Assembly: GCA_012295275.1 (NCBI GenBank)
Contig: CM022673.1
Span: forward strand, 24,986,001-25,050,000
Source of the DNA: Chrysomallon squamiferum
Lineage: Eukaryota > Animalia > Mollusca
Direction: 5' to 3'
DNA length: 64,000 bases
This document shows positions 37,881-52,400 of the stretch, piece by piece. A program made the translations under genes and the position numbers. Below the pieces are notes generated by a model. That model made no database searches. It saw only the letters and a list, made by a program, of their open reading frames with translations, and was not told the origin of the DNA. Within the stretch, counting starts at the first letter, position 1. The number at the start of each line of letters is the position of its first letter.

Positions 37881-39702
37881 CATATGAGAGAGAGAGAAAG
37901 AGAGATCATTAAACTAGCGAACACCTCCTTTTTTTCTTTTTCTTTCTATTCCTTTTATACAAAAATCAACATTTGGGAATTCAGAACAAAAAAGCGACTT
38001 AAAATTATATAAAATCAAATACATGAAACGTGATCAGCAAATCTAACATCCTGACAAAAAGAAAAAAGAAAATAAAAAAATTATTAAAAAAAAGCAACTT
38101 GTGACATTTGCTAAGTATTCTGCTGCTGGTTGCTAACAGTGGGTTTCACGGTTTGTGTGGTTTTTGCTTCTAGCACAGTTTTATAGCATTAACTAGAAAT
38201 AACACCACTCAAAGAGGCTGGATAAACCAAAATTGTAGAAATTACCACGAATCAAGAATAAAATGTGCTTCTATTTTAAGTTGCATTAAATTTTTATTTT
38301 TTTATTTTTTATATATTCTTTTTATTTTTTTGACAATTATTTTGGTTTGAAGCTGTAACATTTGCGTGACTTCAGATTTGATAATATTCTATGCTTGCCA
38401 GAACTGTACTTAACACATGCACGCACGCAATGATCAGTACTTTATCTGACAGTTCTTATTGATTGTGTGTACAAACATTCATCTTTCAGAGGGTAACAAT
38501 AAATAATTTTGTTTTTGCAACAAGTATGTAGGCAATGTAAACAATAACTATTTAAAAAAAATAATAATAATAATAATAATAAAAATAAAATAATAAGGAA
38601 AAATAAGGAAAAAATAGAAAGGAAAAAACAGAAAAAAAAAAAAATAAAGAGAAAGAGAGAAACAAATCGTAGAAGAAGAAACAAGTGTAGGTGGAAATGG
38701 AAGGTAAGGTTACTGTTTGTGTGTTATATATATATATGTATACTCTGACACACACACATATATATATGCTAGCAGATATTTATAAGGTACCCACCACCTC
38801 AAGCCAGACTGAAGAGATAAGAAAAGACTGTAAGAAACAACTGGTGTGTTCAGAAAACCAGAAAAAAAAAAAAAAAACTTATTCTTCACAGCTGTGTTCT
38901 CTGACATTGACTTCAGACATGAATTCTCAGTGCTCTTACTTTACTGTTCCATTATTGCATCATCTTTCTTCTTCTACTAAATTAATCCATGCTAACTTGC
39001 CCCTCTAGATTTATTATTCTTGTAAGATACAATTCAATTCCAGCATTTGGTTTCAGGACAAATCCTGAAGAGACATGAGCAATTTTTTTTTTTTATCAAC
39101 TTTCTTTGTAAACTTTACAGCTTAATTCCCATTAGAACCCAGAGTAATTTACAACTTATTTATCAGAGACAAATAAAAAGTTTGGATAAACAGAATGTCC
39201 CCATTTATTTATTAAATGACATTTAATTAATTAAATTAGCAGAATACTTGATTGTGTTATACTTCAGTCAGACAATGTAAAGAATGAAAACATTTAAATG
39301 TCAAATTTCTGTTTAGCTTCAGTGTCCCTTTACGACTTTGCAAAGGCCATAATTGCTGTGTCCTCCACCTTCTGCTGTTAGGTACACAGGAAAGAATCCT
39401 TGCTGGGTAAATTAATGTCTAGTGCAACAATCAAACATCAGTTGTCTTATTCTTGCATTTTATTATTATTATACAAAGCTCTGTGAATTATAATTATTAA
39501 TGTTAAAATATATTAAAGATCCGTTATTAAATTGTTCATTCCTTTCACTGTCTAGTATTCACTTTTCTGAAATAGATGTCTTGCTTTAACCTCAAGACAA
39601 TGTGTGATTCTTGTTATCTAAAGTTCCACACAATACATATTCACAGCAGTGACCTCATGCAAACCCTTTATAAGAGATGGAAATGGAAATGGAAAAAAAT
39701 TA

Positions 39703-39885
39703 ACGTGCTAATCAGAGCAAGCTGTTGTGAAGCACGTCTGCGACGGGCACGCTTTCTGACAGGTCAGCGGGCGCGTCCGTCGCAGAAAAGAGTTTTGGGT
39801 AGGGAAAAGAATGGATTCTCGCCACGATTGCAGGACACAAGGGAGTGTCCAGCATATCGGATCGTAACGAGTCGGTACGGGTAAT
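39703..39885 (+). other. GC/CpG-rich multi-hairpin island: probable non-autonomous DNA transposon relic or structured RNA
   Basis: Stems at 39703-39709/39731-39737 (ACGTGCT/AGCACGT), 39737-39760/39763-39786 (24 bp, 2 mismatches, 3 G-U on +), 39808-39819 and 39825-39859. Confidence 0.6.
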
Positions 39886-40295
39886 AAGAGATAAAACATT
39901 TGGGTTTTTATAGTTAAATTATATTTAGAATTAAATTCATTTAAGAACATGTAAATTAGATAAAACATGGCAGAAGAGTATATTACGCTACAGTAAACTG
40001 AAATTTAAAACCACATTCCAGATTCTGTAATTAATGAATTACTTTACAGTAAGTGCAAATTTACTAATTTAATATTAATCTTTAAAAAAGTGAGTTTAAA
40101 GTGGATCAATCTTCTGCTTTTACAATGGATTTGTACTGTATATTACTGATAGCTCCAACAAACCAGAAACCATTAATAAAAAAAAAAAAAAAAAATTTAA
40201 CTTTATAAAAATAGCAGACTATTCTGTAAAAAGTTCTTGTTAGATAAAAGCAATGAGCACACCAAAATAAATTGTTTTCATTAACATATACACAA

Positions 40296-40500
<205 letters not shown>

Positions 40501-41839
40501 CACACTCTCTCTCTCTCACACATACATACATACATACACACTTACCTTTAATGACAAGATACATTTTCGCTATTATATAAAATAAAATTTTACCAGTAAA
40601 CAAAACAGCACATTAAATAAATACCAAATTAAAAAAAATAAAACTAGAAATCTATCTCACACAGACATTTAGATTCAAGATAACAATGAAACTGATACAC
40701 AGAAAGATCTCTTACCAAACAATGTTTTTTTTTTCCTGAGGACATCTGTTGAAAAGCTATGTAGTCTGAGCACACACACATGTCAGGATTTTGATGACAT
40801 CACAAAGCTAGTGTCAGCACATTGAGAAAGAAGGCTGCCATATTTAAAACTCAGTAACATTTTCATCACTTACTTTGATGTATTTTTACAAGCTGAATTC
40901 AGAAAAATCAATCCATAACAATTACAGTTTTAGATTTCTGTTTTCCTTTTCATTAGGAAACCTTGTAACAACAAATTTGTTAAACTTTTACAAGTCAGTC
41001 AGCCTCTAAATCAAATTTATTACCATTTTTGTAATTCACATTTAAAGGAGATGATAAATAAGTTGACTGTTAGTGTTTCTGCATCTTTCTCTCTCTCTCT
41101 CTGTCACACACACACACACACACATGCACACATACTCATACACACACACACACACACACACACAAATAAATAAAGTCATGTTTTCTAGACAGACTTTCTG
41201 GTAAAAGTTAAGAGTTAAAACACAGGCTAACACTTCACATATGTTGTTTTTAAAATTTTCAGCTCTTGCCAAATGGTTTTTCCTGTTTTTCTAATGTAAT
41301 GTCAACCATTTCCCAATTACAGTATCAGATATGCAAACACATCAAAACTTTCTTTTGTGTATGGAACTAATACTTGCAAAAACAGATTTTCAGTAGCAAT
41401 ATTAAATGAAGGAAGTAGGTCTCAATGCTTCCTTCCTAGGTTTTGCAAATTATAATGTTAAGAAAAACTATATTTACCCGCTTTAAGAAAACTGGAACCT
41501 TGCTTTTAAAGTATATTAATTTGTATCTGTTACCTACAGTTTTGTTTTTTTGCTTTTCATTGTTTATTTTATATTTTATGTTTACAAAGCCTTGATCTAG
41601 TAAACCATTGATAATAAATGGCCTGGTACCTGTGCAGTACTTGCTAATATTTACTACTGGAGAAATATACAAGTATATGTTATTTATTGTTAATCTAACC
41701 ACTGTCTTCAAGAGAGCACAAACACAGGAGATTTAAGATCCATAATTTGCTCATTTGGGGATTTTTACAGCTTCCTTTTAATGACATCCTCACCAGTTTG
41801 GTGATTCTTAATCAATAGTGAGCAACCAGGGACCACATT

Positions 41840-41870
<31 letters not shown>

Positions 41871-43855
41871 TAGGTACATGTACACTATTACTGCATAATA
41901 CTGGGACATAAAACTGAAGCAAGGAAGTTACCCTTCACATATCACAGAATCAAGAAATGGTTGATACTGTGTTACATTAGAAACATGTGTGTTTGTACTA
42001 TGGAACACTATCAACTGTTCTGTTGTGGACCTCTGGCATTTTGTACAGCTGAAAAAAACAAAGAAAAAATCCCTATTCATTTAATTATGCCCTTTCAATT
42101 CAGTGATGCACTGCCAATTTCTAATAAAAGCATACCAAATGTAGAAGCTCTGTTTTTTGAAAAGATTATGACAGCATGATTCGGAATAAGTATTTACTTT
42201 CTTGACCTTAATTGTTTAAAGATTATATTAACATAATCTTGACAGATGAATCTTGTTTTATACTTCAGTGTTCTAACATGCATACCTTGTAAGTGATAAA
42301 CTAAAACCTATCTCAAATCTGTTTTTAAATATTTTAAATATCATTCGGACATGATATGAAATTTGTCAATTCCAGTACAACGCTTATTTTTCAAAATGAT
42401 TTCAAATGCATTTTGTTTTTCTTGAATACTGAGGTTGCATGACAGAATTCAACTATATCAGTCTGCTAGCAGATTATGTAAGTCACGTGTATTTTATACA
42501 TTCTTTATTGGTAAACAAGCATTAGAAAATTACAATGATAACACCTTTAGACAGCTAATTAGTAACTATCAAACGAGTTGTAAATCACAGGCTTTAAAGG
42601 ATTGTTCTCGGATAACAATGGACTAGAATAGCTGGGTGGAGGTTTAGTCTGTTAAATAATTAGTTTTCCTCTCATCGTTCTGCAGTCTGTTTGTCTGTTT
42701 AACAAAGCAACTGCCACCACTTTGCTTTCCACAGAATTAAACAAAAGACGAGGAGAAAAACAAATGGAAAGATAAAAACAGTCATTGTGATCCTGTTTTG
42801 AAATATATCAGTCACTGACTGTGAATACAATCTGATCAGATCCTGTGAGATACAGTTTGTAAGTAAACAGCATTGTATTTCGTACCAGTCTAACATAACT
42901 CTGTTAGTCCTTGGAAAGGTAAACCACAAACACACACTATGAATTTCCATTTCTGCATGTTACCGAGGTGGTCAAAATACTTTAGATCTATCTGGGGGTG
43001 ATAAAACTTTTTAAGTGGGTATACATTGCTGATTTTCTGTGTTAAAGAATGATAAATCATTCTTTTATATTTTTTTCTAATGTATGCTTGATTTGATTAA
43101 AATTTGTCATAAAAATTACTTTCTGACAACTGAATAATGAGATGTATATATCTTTTATCTTTGGTAATTTAGAAACATAAACCATATCTTTTTCTCTTTC
43201 TTTCTTTCTTTTTTCTTTTCTTTTTTATTAACATTAAAGTTGTTGTAAAGCCCTTCGGGTACAATAACACTAAACCAGAACCTGTTTCAAAAAGATCAAG
43301 AAATTTCCCTTGTGGTTAAAAAACCCGCCATATAATCATTTTTTTAAAAACTGCTGCACCAGGAAGCCATAAGGATTATGTGTGACAGTTATGAAGTAAA
43401 AGAGTGCAGTTTAAATATAAATATCATATAAAAGATAAGCCTGTACAAAGTGGGTTTGGCACCGACACTATTAAAACAAGTTCAATGACCAACAGCACCA
43501 GTTATACCATGCAAAAGAACAAAATAGAAATCTAAAAAAACCTATGTAAATTCCTTTAAGAAGAATCGTTAAAAAATAAATAAATGAACAAAAACGTTAC
43601 TGATCTCATAAACTAATTCTCTGAAGATTTAATATTTAAATTTATGTTAAATGATGATTATGTCAAAAATAGTTAGTTAGACATTCAAGAAGAAAGTGGA
43701 TGACCCATTTTTAAAAAAAAAAAAAAAATTTTGATACATTATATGACTGTAGGCTATTAAGAAATGATCACAAGTTAACCGGTGACATAAATCAATCACA
43801 CACAGATTATAAAATGTGGTGAGGAAAGAATTGTGTTAAACCACAAAAACTAAAA

Positions 43856-43884
<29 letters not shown>

Positions 43885-43886
<2 letters not shown>

Positions 43887-44080
43887 CACAGTTGACGGTA
43901 CACTAAATAAAACTCGAAAAATTAAAAACAGCTGACAGTGCATTGAACAGAACTCAGCTTCAAAATAAAATTAAAAACAGATGTATACAGCTTACAGTAC
44001 ACTAAATAAAACTAAATTAAAAATCAATTAAGAAAACAAAAACACATATACACAGTTAAGATTACACTAAATAAAACTCC
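43885..44080. repeat. Degenerate short tandem duplication
   Basis: tacactaaataaaact occurs three times (near 43899, 43998 and 44063), each preceded by acagtt or acagct. Confidence 0.7.
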
Positions 44081-47000
44081 ATTACAACAAAATGTCATTC
44101 CATACTGAACCTAGCTGTAGTTTATATAATAAACAACATTTTCATTAGTTAAAACATTTTATCTTTTATCCAAACACTGTGGTTAAACAAAGCAGAAAAA
44201 AAAAAAATATATATATTTATATATAGATATATAATAATAATAGTAATAATATAATAAATAAAGGGTGCAACTCAACATTATTTACTCTAAAAATATTTAA
44301 AACAACCACAATTCTGCTTACAACATAATTATATCTTCAGTTTTTTTTTTTTTAAATGACATAAATAAAATATTTAAAATAATCACAAATATATTTACCT
44401 CAGTTGCATATTTTTAACTAATTTTTATTTAAAATAATTACACATATACACCCTTTCTTTATTTTTATATCTAGCCAATATAAATTTCTGTTGATATCTT
44501 TAGGTCATTCAACCTAGAGACAAACACAAACGTATTTACCACGATGTCCCTGTATTTATCCACAGATCTGATCTACTTGCATGCTGTCATCTCCTGTCCA
44601 CAGATTACACCATGGGAAGTAATCAGAAAAGTATTTATTTTCTCATTGACAGTTGTTATAAAATGAAGAGCCTGCCTTCGAGTGACAAAAAAGAGATCAT
44701 TTAAAAAAGTATTTTGTGATGAGCTGATTTCAGATGCTGGTATGAAACCAATGAAAGCCTGACAGAAGAGTAATAATTTCAGTATCTGCAGATTGTAGAG
44801 TTTCATAATACATTATTTGAAAGATTTCTGAATGTTAAGCCCTCAGTGAAGTGATTTAAGATGAAATAACTTTAATCACAATTGTTCAACAAAACAAAGT
44901 GAAATAATAGTAATAATAATGATGATGATGATGACAATATTACTGATAATGATGGTGATACTATATTCAATTCCTCCTCCTAAAACAAAAACAAACAAAA
45001 AACAAAAAGCCAAAAGAAAAAAAAAAAAAAAAGAAAAAAAAGAAAAAAAAAAAAAAAACAAAGAATAAAAAAAAAAAAAAAAAAAGAAATAAATAATAAA
45101 AAAGTAATAATAAAACGAAACAACCAATAAAAAAAAAGAAATCAAATCTATGAATTATTTTTAAATTGAAGAAAGAAAGAAATTCAAAAATACAGTGATA
45201 ATTATAATGCACTCTCATTACATGATATTCTTAGTCTACCTTATTCTTCTCCTCATGGTATCAAGTGAGAAGAGATTCTTATGATGTTACGTTCTCATTC
45301 AACATTCAAACCTACCTGAATGGCTTCCGAGTGAACAAAGCACTTGAAAGAAAAAATATGCTGCAGATAAAACCACAGAGATTCTCATCAAGAGAAAACT
45401 GAACACTTCTGTGAGAAAACTGAAAATGTCAAGAAGAGAGAGATCTCAGTTTGCTACAGAAGAATGTCATGTCTAAAAATATATGTGTTTGTATCAACCA
45501 CTGCACAAATAATATTGTTATTGTGAGCTGACTTTTAAAAATAGCTTGACATATATGAACTGTCCTCTGAAATGAAAATTCAGTAGGCCTATATTAAATA
45601 TCAGTGGATGTCTAGTTCAGTTGTTACTTGGTATGATGATGTTTGAATACATTCACAAAAAGCAAGTTGAGATTTTTGTGAAAGGCTGAAACTACAGTAT
45701 GTGTTGTTAATTTTCTAAACAGTAGTATTATTGTTAATCTTCTAAATTTTATATCATTTCTTCACAAGTCAAAAAATATTTTATATGATAAAATTTATGT
45801 TTTTATTTTTTATTTTTTAAATAAACAGGTTTGTGTTTGTCTACATAATTTAGAATTAAAAAAAAAAAATGTCAACATTATATCAGAAATGTCTGTATTT
45901 TTTAGTTGTTCCTATAACGAAAATTTTTTTTTTTTTTTTATATTTTCTAAAATTTGTATAATTTATGTAGATTAAGTGGACTGATAAATATTTTCAATAA
46001 AACAGTTTTCTTTCCATGCATGTTAACACCTGTTAATACACAGTATTTGTATAACAAGTTCTCAATCAATAAATAACAATATACATATTTGTTTATCTCA
46101 TACGATGACCATTTTTTTAAAGGTTTTTCTTCCAGAAACATGCTGATAAGAATAATCAGGTGTTCAAGGTTCTGTTCCAGGAAGTAAACACGAAGGGTTA
46201 ATTAATATTCTCACCTCTCACAAACAACTGACAGCTTTGCTTGCTATTACTATCAGAAAATTAAAATAATGAAGAAACACAAACACACTGACAAAAAACA
46301 CACACACACATATAAACAAAATTTTAAGAAATATTCTTCCTCCAAAAACACTCAAAAAAGACAACAACAACAATAAAAAGCAACTCATAATTATATCCAT
46401 GCAAGATATATACATAAAAAAAAGTTACTGTATTTATTGCTTGGCTCCAATTTTTATCTTATTAAATGTAGGAAATACACAGATTTAAATTCAATCTCAT
46501 TATCTGTGATGTGAACATTTGGCCTGGATCGATGTGTTTCAATTCTCAGTGCGTGTCAAGATGATGAATGAAATGTTTTGAATAATTGTCCGAGTAATTT
46601 TTAAAATCAGATTCATCTATCATTATAAATTAGTATGTCAGCTTGTTATTATTTTAATTGCTTTCTTCTTGAAGTACATCGTCTTGCAGGCTCTATTAAG
46701 AATTACTTAACTGTCTATAAATTGCTGAAAGAACAAATTTAACAGAACCGTGATAAATTTTATTTTAATGGCCAATCAGAGTGAAACTTATGACATTTTG
46801 TTTCTTGTTTGTTCAGTAATGACTGCGTGATAAAAAAACCTATTTCCACCATTTCATGGTCAGCTTTTACCAATTAGCAACAAGTGATATTTCATTTTCA
46901 GAATCACAGACATCAAAATATTGCAATCTGTTATAAGCCAGTGATGGAACACAAGTTGGAACTATTGCATACCCTGTTTTCACTGTTGTTGATTTTTTCT

Positions 47001-47364
47001 ACGAAGCAAAATAAGAATAAAAAATAAGAAATTAACCTAACATACAAACAGCACAATCACTTATTAACTGCAGGCTGACAAGTGACAGAACAAGAGAGGA
47101 TAATTATCAGTATTTTCACATAGGCCACACAGTACATCCGACAAGATACAGAGATATTTGTCTGCGAAAATTATGTCTATGAAATACTAGCCAAAAGGTG
47201 AAAAAAGTTTTGAAAGGTTTGATTTTCAGCACGACACTACTGGTAATGATCCATTAGTGGCTCACAAAGAGAGACCAGCTTGTTTTTCAGAAGGTGGATG
47301 ACAGCAGTTATGTGACATGATTGGGATAACTAACTCAGTTACAGAATGAGAGTTGTGTTGTAAC

Positions 47365-47698
47365 TGTGTTACCAGTGTCACAAACAACCATCAGACGTCA
47401 CTACTGACAGAAATGTCTCAATTCTAACTCATGTCATTATACATCTATCAGTTGTGTTACCAGTGTCACAAACAACCATCAGACGTCACTACTGACAGAA
47501 ATGTCTCAATTTCCATTCATGTCATTATACATCTATCAGTTGTATACCAGTGTCACAAACATTAGATGTCACTACTGACAAAAATGTCTCAATTCTAACT
47601 CATGTCATTATACATCTATCAGTTGTGTTACCAGTGTCACAAACAACCTATAGATGTCAGTACTGACAAAAATGTCTCAGTTCTAACTCATGTCATTT
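47365..47698. repeat. Tandem repeat, about 4 copies of an 84-88-bp unit
   Basis: ccagtgtcac recurs at 47372, 47460, 47547 and 47631, with near-identical intervening sequence. Confidence 0.93.
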
Positions 47699-47746
47699 AA
47701 CAAAGATTCGCTATTTTATCTTTAATATAAATGGCAAAAATTCTCT

Positions 47747-47777
<31 letters not shown>

Positions 47778-49367
47778 GAACACAACTTATCATTAACTAC
47801 AGATGATAAAAACCTTAAAAAAACTCATTACCATCTCCATACAACAGTAAAACAAAAAAATAATAACAATAACAACAAAAAAACAAAACACATGGCATCT
47901 CCTTGCATTAAACCCTCTTTATCCAACCATACTGGACATAAATATACCATCATCTCATTTCTGGACTATAAAATACATTATTAAGCCTTGCTTCCCGAAA
48001 CAACATTTCCACCATATATATACTATACAACATGTTGATTTGCAAATGAACATCTGGATGTCTGTGGAAACAGAAATAGGCTCATCATAGCAAGTTGGCC
48101 TTCTCTGTTACTGGCCCTGAAACAGGTCAGTTCACAGAAATCAGCATTTGCTAAATTTGTATTGACAGAGGACTGGAACAGCAGCTGGGGGAACAAACAC
48201 TGTTTATTGTGAGCCAGGGCCTTGCCAGCAGTCATCGATTCATACAAATGTTATTGACCCTTCTTGTCCAGCCTGAGTGTGACGAGTTGAACAGTTAAAG
48301 AAGTTTTTTTGTGTTTTCTTATTAGTTTTTTTTTGTTTGTTTAAAAATGTATGTACACATAAACAAGTTTTTAATGAAAATATATATTTTTTTTTTTTGC
48401 AAGTATACTGGTTATATTAAAATTATCAATATAATAATATGCATGATACAGACATTCACATAAATTTAGTTTTAGAAAACTGAAAAGATATAAACTGTTT
48501 TGACATATATTTAAGTTTATGTAATGTTGAATTATGTACATATAATGGTGATAAAGTCAATTCAGAGACACACAATTTTAAACATTTACTAATACATTTA
48601 ATTATTTTATCAGGTTTTATAAACTGAAAATAACACACTCACACACACACATATATACACACACACTACAAAAAACAACTACACATATATAAAAGATTTA
48701 CCTATTTTTAACCAACTTTCGGCTGAAAAATATAAAAATACTATTATATGTCATTAAAAAATTAAGCCTCTGAATTAATACTTTTGCAACTTAGTGGTAT
48801 ATAATGACAATAAAATAATTCATATTCATATTTTTGCTAATTATTCTGTTTGGTTATAATTCTTTTAAACTCCCAAAATTATTGTACAGGAATGTGTGCA
48901 TAAGCAAATATTTCATTTAGAAAAAAAAATAAAATCAAAAATAAAATCAATAAATAAAAATAATAATTAAAAAAATCTTTGGAACTAACACACTGGTCAT
49001 CTAACATTCATTACAACTTGTGGTTTTTCATTGGTTATATAAAAATATCTGTTACAAAGCATTTACTACTGGAAGGATTACAATCTATGAAACACCAACA
49101 ACACATTTTCTAAGCTCTTTCTTGCCTTCCCAGACCAATGGTAAAACAGCATTTCAGTAACAACATGACAGAACAAATCCAGATCAGTGCTATTTCAATG
49201 TATCTTATCTTCAGGCAGAATCTCCATCAGTTAAATGATTTGGCTTCAGGAAAGAATAATATTTCAATCAGCTAATTGTTGTTTTTCAAAATCTATAGCA
49301 GACATTACTAGCAGTCTTCACAAACGTGAAATTAAAATCTGTCATAAACCCATTATTATAAATAATG

Positions 49368-49400
<33 letters not shown>

Positions 49401-52400
49401 TAATAAAACAAAAAAAAAAAAAAATCCTTAAATGCAACAACAATATTCATCAATCAAGAATTCTTACCTGTACACAAAATCTAAAAGAGAATATTAAAAA
49501 TCAGATATAATGACTCAGCTGAAACACATTGTGTATTATTTTCCCATATTATCCAGCAGAGAACCATCGGGCAGTTATAAACGAACACAACAACGACCTT
49601 GACTTTGAATAGGTTAGCTAAATCTTTATCAGTGGTCAACATGGCATTTATTATTTCTAACATGTAGTGGGGAAGACAATGAGAGAAGACAGCACAATCA
49701 GGGGCAATTACATCCTGTCCAAGGCGTTCACTGCATACAATCATCACAAGAAAAGTGTTATTAATGTTCACAACTACATTGACAGGCTTTAGAAAATGCA
49801 GTGGTTAAACAAGAACTATTTCACTTAACTAAATGCTTTTTGAAAAATTGGATCTTCTGGTTTGGTTTGACAAAATAAACTACAGGAAAACAGTTAACAT
49901 CTTGAAAATACTTAATTAACAGTTGTTCTAAAATTCTAAATGAAAATCCTTAATCAACTACTTGATATAGTGAAAAATTATTTTCTGTAGCAAATAGGAA
50001 TTATTCCAAAATTGTAAATTTAAATATATTTCATGGATTGTAGTTATATGTTTACCAAATTTACCTATTTGCCATCATTAGTGTCTGTCACATAGTTTTT
50101 CAGTATAATGCTGATTATATGAAACAGGAAAACAGCTGATGTCTATTCATAAGTTATTCTTTTAACTAAACAGCAGAATTCTTTTTTATCTTTCCACTGA
50201 CCAGAAAGAAAATATCATTACAGGTTTGATAAACCCAGTGTTGGGGTATAAAATTCTCAAAGGCCGATCTTATGAGCATAAAAATACAAGTGTGATATTT
50301 TCTGAGAGACACAGGCTTGCTGTTACAACTTAATGTTATTTTGCTGCTGTTTTCAGCAACACAGACAACAACACTGATGTGACCAAAGATTACTGAATTT
50401 CATTAACTAAATCATGTTAGTCACAAACACCATGTCTGTGTGCGAAACCTAGACTTACAAAGCCAAAAACAGCTCTGGTACTGTCCATGAAATTACTATC
50501 TTAAAAACAAATCATTTACGATTTTAAAATTAGATCACTTGCTTTTAATGTGTAGCTTGTGCCAGACTACTGATGGAACTAGATTAGTGTTTGCTGGATT
50601 AGTAATGGGAGATGAATCCCCACTTCAAAACTGAGATGATTTTATGATATCGTATCACTGTTACAAATTTTTACCAGCATTAACTTAGTGTGTATCTTCT
50701 AAAAAAATTACAAAACATCAAAAAGAATATGATCACCACAGTAGCTCTATGTAAACATCTTTTAAAAGATTGCAACTGAAGTGTATCATCATCTAACTAA
50801 TAATACTAATTGTTAATGGATCAAAATGTCAGTGGAAGGGCTTAACAGGAGTGTTCTGCATTACCTTACACAAACTTGTGATGGTCTTGGAATAAAGGCA
50901 TCATGTGGCATCACTTTGGTCATCACTGTGCTCTGCTGCATTCCTTGTTCCAATGGAAAGCCTCTTTGAGGCATGAACTGATATTACAATACTTTGGATG
51001 ACTCCCTCTTGTCAATCTCAACAACGTGATAATTACATCGTTTTTCTTTTTTAATCTGAATCTACACACTTTTTCACCCATGACTTACTTCAAGTCTAAT
51101 ATCTGTAAAATACTGGCTTGACTAATAAATTGGGCTTAACAGTTCTCTGGTAAGCCATAGGATTCTGTGACAGACCCCTATAATGAGACCAAATTCTAAT
51201 AGCAAAATACTATTTGTCTGAGAAATAACTGAAGGCAAAAATGTGTGGTAAAAAAAAAAAAAAAAGGTTTTATTTTATTATTTAGGACTGTCATAGCCAA
51301 TCAAAACCAGGTCACAGAAAACATGAACATTTTGTAATCTTTTATAAAAACAATGTCTTCTGTAAACATTTCAACAGAAACTTTAATTGATCTTTCTTAC
51401 TCTTTCTATAAAACAAATAGCAGCAATTCACATGATGGAGTGTAGTTAACATCAAATATACAGAGTAGATTTTTCATAATCTGAACTGTGTATATAAGTA
51501 ATAAAACCTTATTCTGAGCAGCAGGACATGCTGCCTGGTGTCATCTGAGTACACACCACATTTATTACTGATACCAGCAGCTGAGAATTACACCAAATAA
51601 CAAAATCCTGCTTCTTAACAAAGAAAATCAGCTAGAAAACAATATGCATCATTTAACACTGATTTATAAATGGTGTTTATTTTGCTTTGAGGTCTGTAGC
51701 ATTTTGCTGAAAGTCTTGGTAGCTGAACAGCTGGCTGTAAGGAATCTAGATGACAAGGCAAAGATTTCAGAACTACGAATGCTTGTACAATAATGGCCAT
51801 GATGTTATGATATCTTTTATTGACAGGGGGATATCCTGTGGAATGATTAAATTAGTCTGCTTTGGTGCACAATATCAAAAAAGAAATAATAGTATATGTC
51901 AGTGGCTTGACAAACCAGAGAAATGCTAGAGTCACTGTACTATTCATATTTGGTTGAAGCATGTTACTGTGGACAGTATAAACCTGTTGGTCTTTCTGAG
52001 AAAAACAGCTGAAGTTTAGATTTATTAGCACAGTTAATACTGAATATTTCCACTTGGCTGTTCATACAGGTTCAGACAACTGGAATGTGACCTATCAAAC
52101 CCATTACTTTCACGGTAATCTACATTGTTTTTGGGGGCTAAATATTTACATAAAACTCAAAAGGTTTTCAATTGATTATTCAGCTGTGTAGAATTAAAAT
52201 TCTGTAACACACATTATCTGTTCCTACTCCAAATGAAAAAAAAACAAATAAATAAATAAATAATAATAATAATAATAATAAATAAATAAATAAATAAAAT
52301 AATAAAAATAATAATAATAATTAATAAATAATAAAATTCAGAAGAAAAGATGATTTTTACCAAAACAAGACTCTTACTCATAATATATATATTTTTTTAA

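Noticed and set aside
39576-39968. 102-aa and 86-aa ORFs over the GC island; possible pre-miRNA or hammerhead ribozyme
   Set aside because: The ORFs are explained by local GC richness and lack splice or homology support. The hairpin loop is only 2-4 nt and no CUGANGA...GAAA core is present.
45316-45360. 45-nt phase-0 exon-like segment (HIFSFKCFVHSEAIQ) on the minus strand
   Set aside because: Splice-like ends only, with no start codon, compositional contrast or recognisable homology.
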